From NCBI GenBank assembly GCA_001643675.2, contig LSRY02000021.1:744001-808000 (forward strand): a stretch of 64,000 nucleotides of DNA. Direction: 5' to 3'. Source of the DNA: Monocercomonoides exilis PA203. Taxonomy: Eukaryota; Protista; Preaxostyla. Under the pieces are notes generated by a model. It saw nothing but the letters and a program-made list of their open reading frames with translations. It was not told where the DNA came from and searched no databases. Positions 40,624 through 52,701 of the stretch are shown here, piece after piece (positions within the stretch are counted from its first letter, which is position 1; every line of letters begins with the position of its first letter). The position numbers and the translations under genes are program-made.

Positions 40624-43600
40624 CTACGGATTAGGTGTAGCTGACATTGGAGAGGCAAGTGAAGGATTGCCAGCAGGAGAACGAGAAGAACTGTCCTCTG
40701 ATTTTTCATTGGCTTTCCTTCCTTCTTTGCCAACCTCATTCTCATTTACAGAATTTCTGAGCGAATTCACATCAGAATTTGACCTGTTCAAATTCTCTTC
40801 CATTCTTTTTTGTGTCCCCGCACTTGTTCTCTTTTCCTCAGATTCACTCTGAACAGACTCCGATGCGCCAGACTCAACAGGCTTAATACACACACACGAA
40901 GAGTACTGAATATGCGGCTTGCTGTCTTTCGACCTGCTCATACGCACAGCCGAATTGAGGGGTGATTCAGAGGCAGAAGAGTTGATTGATGGCATTGCCG
41001 ATGATGAATGTGCAGACGATGCTGCAGCTACAACTGAAGCCGATGCTGATCCTGATGTTGACCCTGCTGCTGGATGGCTCATCAAACCAGCAGAAGAAGA
41101 AGGAAAAGAGCGAGTTCTGTTTTTCGAGTTTGATCCATTGGCCATTCGAATATCACGCTGATTGTTTGCAGCAGAAGCTGCTGATCCAGCCACAAAATGA
41201 GAGGCAGACGGATAAGACGCAGAAAGCGAAACCTGATTGGATGAAGCAAGTGTCGCAATCTGCTTGCGAAGCTCAGCAATCATTCGATCTTTCGCTTTGT
41301 TGTCTTCAATCAACACTTGTGCCATCACATCATCGCTCTGTGCTTTTGATGCAATAGAGCCATTGGGCATAGTTGATCGCGTGTCTGTTGATGAATTGGT
41401 GTTGAATGATGATGATGATGATGATGTTCCAGCAGAAGATGCTGGAGTAGAAGAAGCGGAAGAAGAAGCAGAATTATTTCGTGAGGTGTGAGTAGCATAT
41501 GCCGTTGACAATGACGAAGGAGGAAGTCTTGAACGACCTGCTGGTGACAGAGATTTTCTGAATCCGGCTTGCCATTTTGACAATGAATCTTGTTGAGCCG
41601 AAGAGATTTCTCTACTTCTTCTTCTTCCAGCTGTCACTTCTCGTTCATCTCCATTTTCATTCTTCCTCTCTTGTTCTTGTTCTTGTTCTTGTTCCTGCTC
41701 TTGTTCATGCTCATGTTCGTGATCTTGCCCTTCTTCCCTTCTTCTTTCCCCAAACTTTGAAATCCCTTCTCTTCGCATCACCGGCTCCTCTCTCTCATCG
41801 CTCTCGCTGTCAAATGCTCCTTCATCCTGCGTCGCTGACTCAATCGCCGCCATCACAAACTCATCCTGGCCCCAACTCTCTGCCATTCGCCTTCTTCTTT
41901 CCAGTCTTCTTCTGCGTTTTTCCATCTTCGGACGTGAAGGAGGGCGTAGAATGCCTGCCATTGCTCCATAGACAGTTGCAGGCGGAACAACATTGTTTGG
42001 AGTCGGCTGGGAATAAGCAGACGAAAAGGGGGCATAATAACCCTGGTAGTATGAGGAATACGGATATGGATAAGCACCTGGATATCCAATTGGAGGAGGT
42101 GGTGGAGGAGGATAAATGGATTGTTGCTGCTGCTGTTGTTGTGCTTGTTGGAAATCATTCGGAGTAATTGTCTGAGGCTGCAGTGGAGTTAATACACCAG
42201 ATTGAGATTTCTGACGAGAATGCCCGCCATTTTTAGTGCTTCTTCTTCTATTTGATGCAGAAGACAAAGGACGTGGTGGGAAAGAAGAAGAAGATGAGGA
42301 GGAGGATGAGGATAAGGAAACGGGCTGAAGATTAGTTGAGAGTGGAGGTAACGTTGCCTGCACAGTTGCTTGTGCTGGCGTGTTTATTGCTGCCGAGTTA
42401 ATTTGAGAAATAGAAGGATAGCCAGATGACCATATCAAATGTGCTTGATCAGCAGAAGGCAAGCCAACAGGCACAGGCGAAGCTGAAGGGATTGGATGAA
42501 ACGGAGAGAAACGAGGATTCGCCTGGAGATCAATCGAAGACGAAGGACGAGATATGATTGGAGTCACTGACTGGTCAATCACACTCGGTGGAATTGTCGA
42601 ATGCGGCCTGTTCACATCTGGATTGGCTGTCACGAGCGTTGAAGCCTTTGGAATCACAGCTGATTTTGCTGATGCCAACGAAGACGATGAAGATACTGAA
42701 TGCAAGTTGGCATCGCCGTTCGCTGCGAGTCTGCGGTCAACGCTGTTACCCTCAGCTGCATCACCCACTGCTTCTCCTTCGCAGAATGTGCTTCGACTGC
42801 GGCATTCGCGATAAGGATCGCAACTGGAGCAGCTTCGAGAGACATCTTCATCCTCATCTGCACGCTGGCTTTCAGGATAGCTCATAACGCTGTCGCATCG
42901 TTCGCTTCGTTCCTCCAGGGAGTTGCACAAAAGACGCTTCATTCCTTGCTGGATGAAGTCGACATCACGACGCAATGCGTCAAACTCTCCGCTGATTGCA
43001 GATCTCCAAGTGTAAATGTCCTTCATCACATGTGCTTCCACATCCTACAAAAATGATCAAAAACCAAATATTTATATTTAAAAAAATATTTAAAAACGAA
43101 TTTTTAAATATATTAAATTTCAAATGAAATTAAACGTACCGGAACAGCTCCGTGATCCAATTCATTGTTTTCTGTTTTGGGCTTTCGACTTCTCACCACA
43201 CGCCCAGGAATCCCCACAACTGTGCAATCGTCATCGACATCTTTCAACACAACAGAGCCTGCACCAACTCTCACTCTGTTACCGATTGTGATGGGTCCCA
43301 AAATTTTTGCTCCATTGCCCACAACCACGTGTGATCCCAATGTTGGATGACGTTTTTGACCTTTTGTTCCTTTTCCCGTTCCTATTGTTAAAAAAATAAA
43401 AAATATCGCAATAATCCAATAAAATATTTACGAGTAAACCTCCTAATGTTACCCCTTGATATATGATGCAATTTTCACCAACTTCTACAGTTTCTCCGAT
43501 AACAACTCCACAACCATGATCAATAATTAGTCCTTTTCCTAAAATGCAACAATGCATACAGTTAATCATAAATATCAAAAGTTTTCTTTACAACAAACCC

Positions 43601-44060
43601 AATCGAGCTCCTGGATGTATATCAACACCAGTTAGAAATCTTCCTAAATATGAAATTATTCTTGGTAAATATGGAACTTTCCATTTGTGTAAAATATGAG
43701 CAACTCGATAAATCATAATAGCATGTAACCCAGGCCTAATATTTATGCAAAAATTTTCACATAGAAAAATATTTTATTTTCAAGGAAAATAATCCACAAA
43801 CATGCAAAGTAGCGCTTCAATATACGAAGATGTTGCTGGATCATAATCAAATATTGCTTTTAAATCTGATGGCAGAAATCTCTGATAAATTTTATTGAAA
43901 ATTAATTTTTCCGATTCGCGAAAAATTCCAATAAGCACACTAATTGATATAGGAAGCATGCGGCTATTAAAACGAATATCACCCCAAAGAAGCATTGAGG
44001 CAAAAGTAATAGAGTGTGGTAATTAAATGACAAGTGCGAAGACATGCTAGCAATGTCCAT
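40624..44060 (-). CDS. cysE: Serine O-acetyltransferase (CysE) with N-terminal hydrophobic segment and ~800-aa low-complexity C-terminal extension, 6 exons
   Basis: Spliced [78 protein letters not shown]|DVEAH, continuing in frame into ORF 40624-43041. Confidence 0.9.
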
Positions 44061-45363
44061 TTTACACAATTGATTTGAAAAATGAATGATCATAACCATA
44101 AGCATAGAGATTTAATGTCTGGAAAAACAAAAAATCCTGCCGGAGAAAAACATAGTGAATTATAAGAAAACATTCAAGAAGCAATGCTATTTTATGAATA
44201 AAATAGACATCGACCATTCGATTTATATAGCTTCTAAATGGCGCATCGAATGAAAAACTGTAAAATATTACCGAAAGGCCATGATCGAAACCATTTTAAT
44301 ATTAATTTTTTCTGGTTTCTCCGTTATAAACATGTTCTCAATAACTCCTTTTCTATTTCTTTTTGGTCAACATTATCAACTAACACTTTCTAGTAATGAA
44401 CTTAACATTGAAAATGCGAAATAAGGCATTTTGTCAAATAACAAAATTAGATCATTGATAATTTGTACATCCATTGAACATTCATGGTATTTGAATGAAC
44501 GACACATATGCATGGGGAAATAAATAAGCAAGAATGATGAACATGAAAATGCACGTTCATATATATATAATTTGAATAGATAAAAACAGATAACACAATA
44601 ACAAAACCATGTCAGAAAACACTACAGAAAACAATTTTCATCTTGTTATTTGCAAAAACACTCCCAACGTTAATGTGGAACAATTCAATCAAAGTAATTA
44701 AAAGAAAAATTTGAGCGTTGAGTGGGGGGAAAAAATCAAATCAATAAAACATAAAGCATGATAACAAGATAATAATCAATCAAAATAAATGAATATGATG
44801 AAACAGCAACAAAAAATAAATACATTTATTCGATCTCAAAATCTTTGAAGGTTATTCTTAAAGCGATAAAATACAAAAACAAACAAACAAATAGATAAAC
44901 AGGTAAACAAAGAAGAAAATATAACATTGAAATTATGGCTCATTTAAATGGAGAACAATAAAAAGCATTTCAAATATGAAGATTGATGAACTTACGAAAA
45001 TTTGTCTGATTGCACAGAAAAATTGAATATTGCACAGAAAGAAGAATAAAATATATTGAATAAAATATAATAATAATAATAAATAAATAAATAAATGATC
45101 ATTTCATGCAACAAATCAGCAGAGTCTTTCAAACAATTCAAAAGCGATTGTCAGAACACAAAAAAAAAAAATGCAATTAACAGCTTTTTGTTTCTTTTCT
45201 GTTAACATCAAATTGATTGTTAAAGGTTTTTAAGTTCTATTTCTTTTCTTTTCTTTTCTTTTCTTTTCTTTTCTTTCTCTTGGAACAAAAAAAATATCTT
45301 TGAGCATTTTTTTATTTACTTTTATTTCCATCTTCTTCACAACCATTTAACATCCTTGCACTT

Positions 45364-48300
45364 TCATTCAAAAACAATCATTTTTCTTTTGCTTTCTTGT
45401 TGCTCTTCGTTTCCTTCCTCCTCTTCCTCTTCTTCTTCGTTTTCTTCCTCTTCTTCTTCGGTAGCTCTTTCATTTTCTCCTTCTTCATCTTCACCTTCTT
45501 CACCTTCAACCTCCTCAACTTCTTCCACAACAACTTCTTCATCATTTTCGTTCTCTATTCGATTTTCGTTTTCGTTCTCTTCATATTCTTCTTCCTCCTC
45601 TTCTTCCTCTTCTTCTTTTCTATCAAAATCATTCTTCGACAAAGCATTTTCATCATCATCTTCTTCTTCCTCCTCTTCCTCCTCTTTCTCTTCCTCTTCC
45701 TCCTCTCCTTCTCCTCCTTCTCCTTCATACATATAGAATTCCTCATCATAATCCTCATATCCTTCAAACCTCAAATCTCCGTACTTCGGATGATACCCCG
45801 CCATCACATCACACACAGAGCAATCCAACTTCAATTTCTTAATCCATTTTTTAATCTTCTTCCTCTCCTTCTCTTCTTCCCTTCTCCTTCTCTCTCTGCT
45901 TTCGCTCATTTCTGCCTCATACTCCCTCTGCAGAATCGCTCTTCTTCGATTCCCTTCTTCTTCCTCCAGCTTCAGCTGCTCCGCCCTCTCCAGCTCCCTC
46001 ACCATCATCCGCCCGGCATTCTTTTCTCGTTCTCTTTCCAGTCTTTCTGCTCTTTCGGCTATCTCGTTTCTTATTATTTCTCTTACTCTTTCTCTTTCTC
46101 GTTCTTCACTTTCTTCTTCTCTTTTTTCCGCTCCTCCTTCTCCTTCTTCCCCTTCTCTTTCTCTTTCTCTTTCTCTTTCTCCTTTTTCTCTTTCTCTTTC
46201 TCTCTCTTTCCTTCTTTCTTCTTTTATCCTTTTCATCTCTTCTGATGTGCTCGGAACAAAATGCAGTTGACGAGGCGGTGTGTTGATGGGCAATCGAGTT
46301 ATCTGCCAAATCTTCAAGGGAAGGGGAATATAAAGTGAGAATGAAGAAGAGGAAGAAGAGGAAGAAGAAGAGAAGGAGGAGGAAGAAGAAGAAGAAGAGA
46401 AAGAAGAGAAAGAAGAAGAAACAGGTTTCAATGTGTATTGAATGGGGGTAGATGCAGGTGTGATGGCTGTTGGAGAGGAGGTGTGAATGTTCTGCTTCAA
46501 TGAAGAAGAAGAAGAAGAAGAAGAAGATCGAATTGAAAACGGAGAAATTTTGCTTTCATTCATCGGAGAAATCTGAAGAGGAGAAGATGCAGTTGAAGAT
46601 AGAGGAGAAAAAGAAGGGGAAGGGGAAGGGGAAGGGGAAGAAGAGAAAGAGGAAGGAAGAGGAGAAAGAGAAGAAGAAGAAGAAGAATGGTTGTTAACAT
46701 TTCCTTCATAAGGAGCAACAAATGACAAAGCAGAAGAAAATGATTCTGAAGAAGGCGAAATGGAAGCAGGGCAAAGAAAAGAAGCTGAATCTGATGGAGA
46801 TTCAGACAACATACTCAATTTATCTGCTTCTTCTCTTTCTCTTTCTCTTTCAGTTTCTTTCTCTTTCTCTTTTTCTTTTTCTTTTTCATTCCCTTTTTCC
46901 TTTTCAACTTCTCTTTCTCGTTCTCTCTCCTTCCTCCTCTCCTCCTTCCACCTCCTCCTCATTTCCTTCCTCTTCTCCCTCTCTTCTTTTCTCCTCTCCC
47001 TCTCCTCCATCCTCTCCCTCCTCACCTTCCTCCTCAGCCACTTCTGCACCATATACGCTCTTTCTTCCTTCACCGTCTCCTCAAACTTCACCAGCTGCAG
47101 CATAAACCCGTCGTTCGGCCGAATCTGCGGCCGTTCTGCTTTCACAGCAGCGATGATGTCGTTGAGGGTGAGGAGGAGGGGGCAGGTGCAGGCTGTGAGG
47201 AGAGAGAGCATGGAGGAGAAGGAGGTGAGCGTGGGGAGAGGAGGAGGAGAAGGAGAAGGAGAAGGAGAAGAAGAAGAAGAAGAAGAAGAAGAAGGAAGAG
47301 AAGAAAGATGATGATGATGATTATGATTGGAATGATTGTGATGTCTGTGTGTGTGATGATGGATATGATGATTGGCAAGTTGAAGAGAAGAAGAAGGGGA
47401 AGGAGATGGGGAAGAAGAAGGAGAGAGGGAGGGAGAAGAAGAAGGGAAAGGAGATTGAGCTTGAGATTGAGATGGAGAGGGAGAAGAATAGGAAGTAGAA
47501 GAAGAGGAGGAGGAGGAGGAAGAAGAAGAAGAAAGAGGAGAAGAAAAACGAGGTGTGAAAGAAGCTGGAGCATTTGATTGAGAACACACAGAAGGAGATT
47601 GGATGGAAGGGGAAGGGGAAAGGGAAGGGGAAGGGGAAGGAGAAGGAGAAGCTATTTGAGGGAAAGAGAGGCTGAGAAGAGGAGAAAGATTGAGATGGAG
47701 CAATGCTAATTCGTGGCTTGAGTAGGAAGGAGGAATGAAGAAAGAGGAGGAGGAAGAGGAAGAGGAAGAGGAAGAGGAAGAGGAAGAGGAAGAGGAAGAG
47801 GAAGAGGAAGAAGAAGAAGAAGAAGAAGAAGAAGAAGAAGAAGAAGAAGAAGGAAGAGGAGGAGGAGAAAGAGAAGGAGAAGGAGAAAATGATTGAGAAG
47901 GAGATTGAGAAGCAAAATCTGCAATCACTTGTGGATTGTTGACAACCAATGAAACCATTTCATCCAGCAATTGTTGTGTCAATTTGACAGAGTTAAACAG
48001 CTGCTCAGCTTTCACTTTGCCATCTTCTTCGTCTTCTTCTTCTTCTTCTCTTTCTCCTTTAAATTCTCCTTCTTTTCCATTCTCTTTTTCTCCTTTTCTT
48101 TTTTCTCTCATTTCCTTCTCTCCCTTCTCCTTCTCCTTCTCCCTTTTCTCCTTCTCTTCCTCCTTCTTCTCCTCTTCCTCCTCCTCCACACACACGATAT
48201 GCGCCTCGTGTGCAGTGAGGTTGAATCTGTAGAGGATGAATGCGACGGCCACAGCTGTTGAGCGGGAGATGCCCATTTGGCAGTGGACAAGCACACGGGG

Positions 48301-51262
48301 CTGCATTCCATAGGACTTGCGGGTGGAGAGAGGGATGGAGAAGGGAGAAGGAGAAGGAGAAGAGGAAGAAGAAGAGGAGGAAGAAGAAGAAGATTGATTG
48401 CGATTGGAACGTTTCTTTGAAGTAGAAAATGAAGAAGAGGAAGAGGAAGAAGATGAAGATGAAGAGCTTGTTGGAGTGGTTGATAGTTTTGGGGTAACAG
48501 AAAGTGAAACAGGGGCTGGAGAGGAGGACGACGTTGTAATGGCTGGCGGAGAAGAAGAAGATGGGGAGGATGATGATGATGATGATGATGGCAATGAAGA
48601 TGAGGAAAGGTCGCTATTATTTGTTGGTTGTAATGTGTTTGTTTGAGAAGAAGCAGAAGCAGAAGCAGAAGGAGAAGGAGAAGGAGAAGGAGAAGGAGAA
48701 GAAGAAGAAGAAGGAGGAGAAGAAGAAAATGGCTGGAATGCCGAGAGAGAAGAATGAGTCATATTCACAACAGATTGATTAGATTCATTGGCTTCTTTGG
48801 ATTCTTTGGATTCAGAAGTTAATTGGGAAGATGAAGAAGAGGAAGATAATGAAGAAGGAGAATGAGAGGAAGAGGAGGAGGAGGAAGAGGAAGAGGAAGA
48901 GGAGGAAGAGGAAGATGTTTGATTGTCTTTTAAAGAGATGTTATCCGATGAAAGTGGAGCAGGAGTTGAAGAAGAAGAAGAAGAAGAAGAAGAAGAAGAA
49001 GAAGAAGAAGAAGAAGAAGAAGAAGAAGAAGAAGCAGAAGAAGAAGATAAAGAAGAAGAAGAAGAAGAAGCAGGAGTTCTACTTATTCCCAATGATAACG
49101 GCACAGGAGATGGAGAAAGCAAATAAGGAGGAGGAAGGCGGCGAAGATGGAGAGGAGAAGGAGGACGAGATTTGATTGAGTTGGGCGATGAAATGGAAGA
49201 GTATGAACTGGTGAGTGAATGCGGTGATGTGCTTTGTTTGAAGGGAGAAAGAGAGGGAGAAGGAAGAGAAAGAGAAGAAGAAGAAGAGGAGGAGGAGGAG
49301 GAGGAGGAGGATGAATATAACAAAGAAGAGGAAGAAGAAGAAGATAAAGAGGAAGGAGAAGAAGAGGAGGAGAAAGAAGATAAAGAAGAAGAAGAAGAAG
49401 AAGATAAGTCCGTTGTAACATCAGAATTCAACAGCGACGCTGAATTCTTCTTGTTTCCCTTCAAAAAGCCAAAAGTGTTTAGAGATTTTGTGAAGAACGA
49501 GTATTTCTTTTTTGTGATTGGAGAAATGGAAGAAGGAGAAGACAAAGAAATGTATGAAGAGGAAGAGGAAGAGGAAGATGAAGTGGTAAAAGGAGAGGAA
49601 GGCTGTGAATGGCAGTGAAATGAGTCAGAGGAAAGGGAAGAGGAGGAAGAGGAGGAAGAGGAGGAGGAAGATGAAGAAGAAAGAGGAGAAGAAGATAATG
49701 GTGATGGAGAAGACGAAGGAGAAGAAGAACCAGAAGCAGAAGAATAAGAAGAACCCTCGTTCTTCTCCTTTTCTTCCTTCTCTTCCCTCTCCTTCTTTTT
49801 CTCTTCCTTCTTCTCCTCTTTCTTCCCCTTCCCTTCCTCCTCTTCCTCCTCCTCCTTCTTCTTCTCCTCCTCCTCCTTTGGAATACACGCCAGCATCCTT
49901 GTGAGCATGATCGACGTAGTTCTGTGTGTTGTGCCCAGCTGCTGCGAAAGCGACTGAATTCTGTCGCTTTCTGAGGAAGACGGGCGAAGCTGGTGGGAAG
50001 CGTGGGGCTGCTGATAGGAATAGGCAGAGGAGATGGAGAGGAAACGGGAGGAGGGGTTGGGAGATTTGAGTGGGTTGGGGGAATTAGAAGGAGTGGAGTG
50101 GTTGTGGGGGAGGAGAGAGGAAGAGGAGAGAGAAGGAGAGGGAGAGGGAGAGGAAGAAAGAGAAGAAGAAGAAGTGGAAGAGGAGGAAGGAAAAGAGGAG
50201 GAAGATGAAGAAGATTGCTTTGGAATATTCGAAAGAGAACTCTGTGGTGATGGCTGATTGGATTTGGGTTTGATGTCTTTTGAAAGTTGCTGGATTGGAG
50301 AAACGGAAGAAGAAGGGGAAGGAGAAGGAGAAAAAAGAGATGCAGAAGGAGAAAGAGAAAGAGAAAGAGAAGAAGGAGAAGGAGACGAAGAAGAAAGAGG
50401 TGTAGAAGAAGAAGAAGAAGAAGAAGAAACAACAGAAGCAGCAGAGTCTGTTGTTATTTCTTTTGATGGTTCAGAATTACTCGCAATTTCAAAGCAATTT
50501 TCAGATTTCAAAGATTTCTGAGTCAAAAATTTATGTTCATCTGCTTTTTGATTGTTTTCGTTGTTTGAAGCAGCGTCTTTTGAAGATTTATTGTCTTGTT
50601 CAATCTTTTCTGGTGTGTTTGCTTCAGATTGTGGAGAAGATGAGGAGGAGGAAGAAGATGATGATAATGAGGAGGAAGAGGAGGAAGAAGAAGAAGATGA
50701 TGATGATGATGAAGGAGAAGAGGGGGAAGAAGATGAATTAGAAGAAGATGAGGAATATGAAGAAGAGGATGAAGAGGAAGAAGGGGAGAAAGATCGAGAA
50801 AGAGGCGAAGAAACCAAACAAGATGTCGGTTGTGTCTGTAGCTTTTGTTGTTTTTGCTTCTTTTGCTTCTTTTGCTTCTTTTTCTGAACAATTCCCACTT
50901 TTTTGTATTTTGGCGCTTCATTCAGAAGAGAAGGAGATTTTGAATCAAAAACTTCTTCTTTTCCTTCTTTTTCTTTTTCTTCTTTTGAAGAAGAAGAAGA
51001 AGGAGATGATGATGATGAAACAGAAGAAGAAACATCAGAAGCATCAGAAGCATCAGAAATTGATTCGTTCTTTGAAATTGAAGAAGTTTCCAATGTCCGC
51101 TTTTTTCTCGTTTTTGGCGCAACAAACTTGTTTTGTGGTGATTGTATTTTGATTTCGTGTGATTCATTTGAAGATTCGGTTATTTCTGGTTTTTCTTCTT
51201 TTTCTGTCTCTTTTGAAGTGAATGATAAATTTCCTGAACTGTTTGCATTGTTGGAACAAGAA

Positions 51263-51294
<32 letters not shown>

Positions 51295-52701
51295 AGAAGA
51301 ATTCGATGTATCTGTTGTTGTAGTTGAAATAGAAGAAGAAGAAGAGGAAGAAGAAGAAGAAGATGATGATGATGATGACAACGTTGGCTGAAGAGATGCT
51401 AACATCGAATCTGCCGACAATTTTGAATCGCAACAAGAATCATTGTTTGACAGCACAGGAGAAATTGAATCAGAATGATCCGCCTCTGTTTCAACAGAAC
51501 ACTCTTCCTTTTTGTCTGTGGATGCCAAATTATCTGCAGATTGCAATGGCTTTGGTGACAACGGAGAATCAGTGCTCAAAGAAGGCAACTGTTTGAATGT
51601 ACTTAGAGAAATTTCAGTGGAATTCGCAGAATGTGTCGATGGAGTGTTTGGAGCGAGAGAAGCATTCATTGTTTTTGCTTCATTCTCTTCAGAAGGTTTC
51701 TTTTCAGTGTCAGGCAAGCTGACCTTGTTCTCATCTATTTGTGTTATCTCAGCAGAATCTATTTTTCTCTCTTCTTCTTTTTTATCTTCTTCTTCTTCTG
51801 CAAGCTTCGCACTCATTTTCATCTCTTCTTCTTCCTTCTGCATCCTCTCCTTCAGCCGCAGAAGCCATCGCTTTCTCCTCCTGAACATGCTCCTCCTCAG
51901 CCTCTTCCCGTATTTCTCTCTTTCCTTTCTCTCTCCCTGCAACAGCCCCAAAGGCAGCGCCGCATCCAAAAACGACACTGCCGGCCCGAAGTGGATGAAG
52001 CACCGCGGGCTGTCTTCCAGGCTCAGCCGCATCGTCTTGATGTGCAGCGGGACCGGATAGTCCACGTCTGTCGTGCAGTTCAGGATGTGCGTCAGCTTCA
52101 TCTTCTCACAATAGCGCAGTGTGTCCCCCTTCGGCGCTTCGCCCAGAAATAACCCTGGAAGAATCTCGTTTGGCACCCGCGTGAGCTTCAGAGGCGCGTC
52201 GCTTCGAAAGGGCTGAGAGTATTCGCTTTCATAATCACTCACGCATATGTAGTTATAGTGCAAATAAAACAACGAAAATGGATCTTCACAGATAAAAAGG
52301 TCATGTTTTGAACCAAAATCTGCAAAGATCGTTGTAAGTTCAAAAGGAAGATCCCCTGTTGAGAGGTAATGAGCAAAAAAATAATGATCACTGATAATAA
52401 ATGACAATGCGAAATATTACAACATACTTGTTTCTGCCCAACCAATAATCAGAAGAATTCGTCTTTCATCTGGAAATATTCTTGAAATTTCATTTTCATT
52501 TACCATTTTACGCATGTCATGTGAATCAACAGTCTCTTGTTTCTTCCTGCACGTGTGATAAGCATCAAAAAGATCAAAGTTTACAGATGAAACAATATGA
52601 GAATAATGAAAATTCTGTTTAGATCTGATATCAACTATCAAATGATGTTGTAAAATTCCAACAGTCTTGTTATAAAAATCTCTCGCACTTATAAATGTCA
52701 T
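45364..52701 (-). CDS. Rhodanese + dual-specificity protein phosphatase (MKP-like) with very large poly-Ser/poly-Glu insertions, 2 exons
   Basis: IVDIRS..F..SHI..SVN (CH2/rhodanese); PNEILPGLFLG, THILNCT, LEDSP; VLVHCQMGISRS; RPQIRPNDGFMLQL. Confidence 0.85.
45400..51380. repeat. Coding GAA/GAG-TTC/CTC trinucleotide repeat region (poly-Ser, poly-Glu)
   Basis: Alternating purine-only and pyrimidine-only tracts within the DSP ORF. Confidence 0.85.

Noticed and set aside
45356-52152. Many long plus-strand and alternate-frame ORFs (poly-E, poly-L/F, poly-R/K)
   Set aside because: Shadows of triplet repeats in the minus-strand phosphatase gene; no independent motifs.
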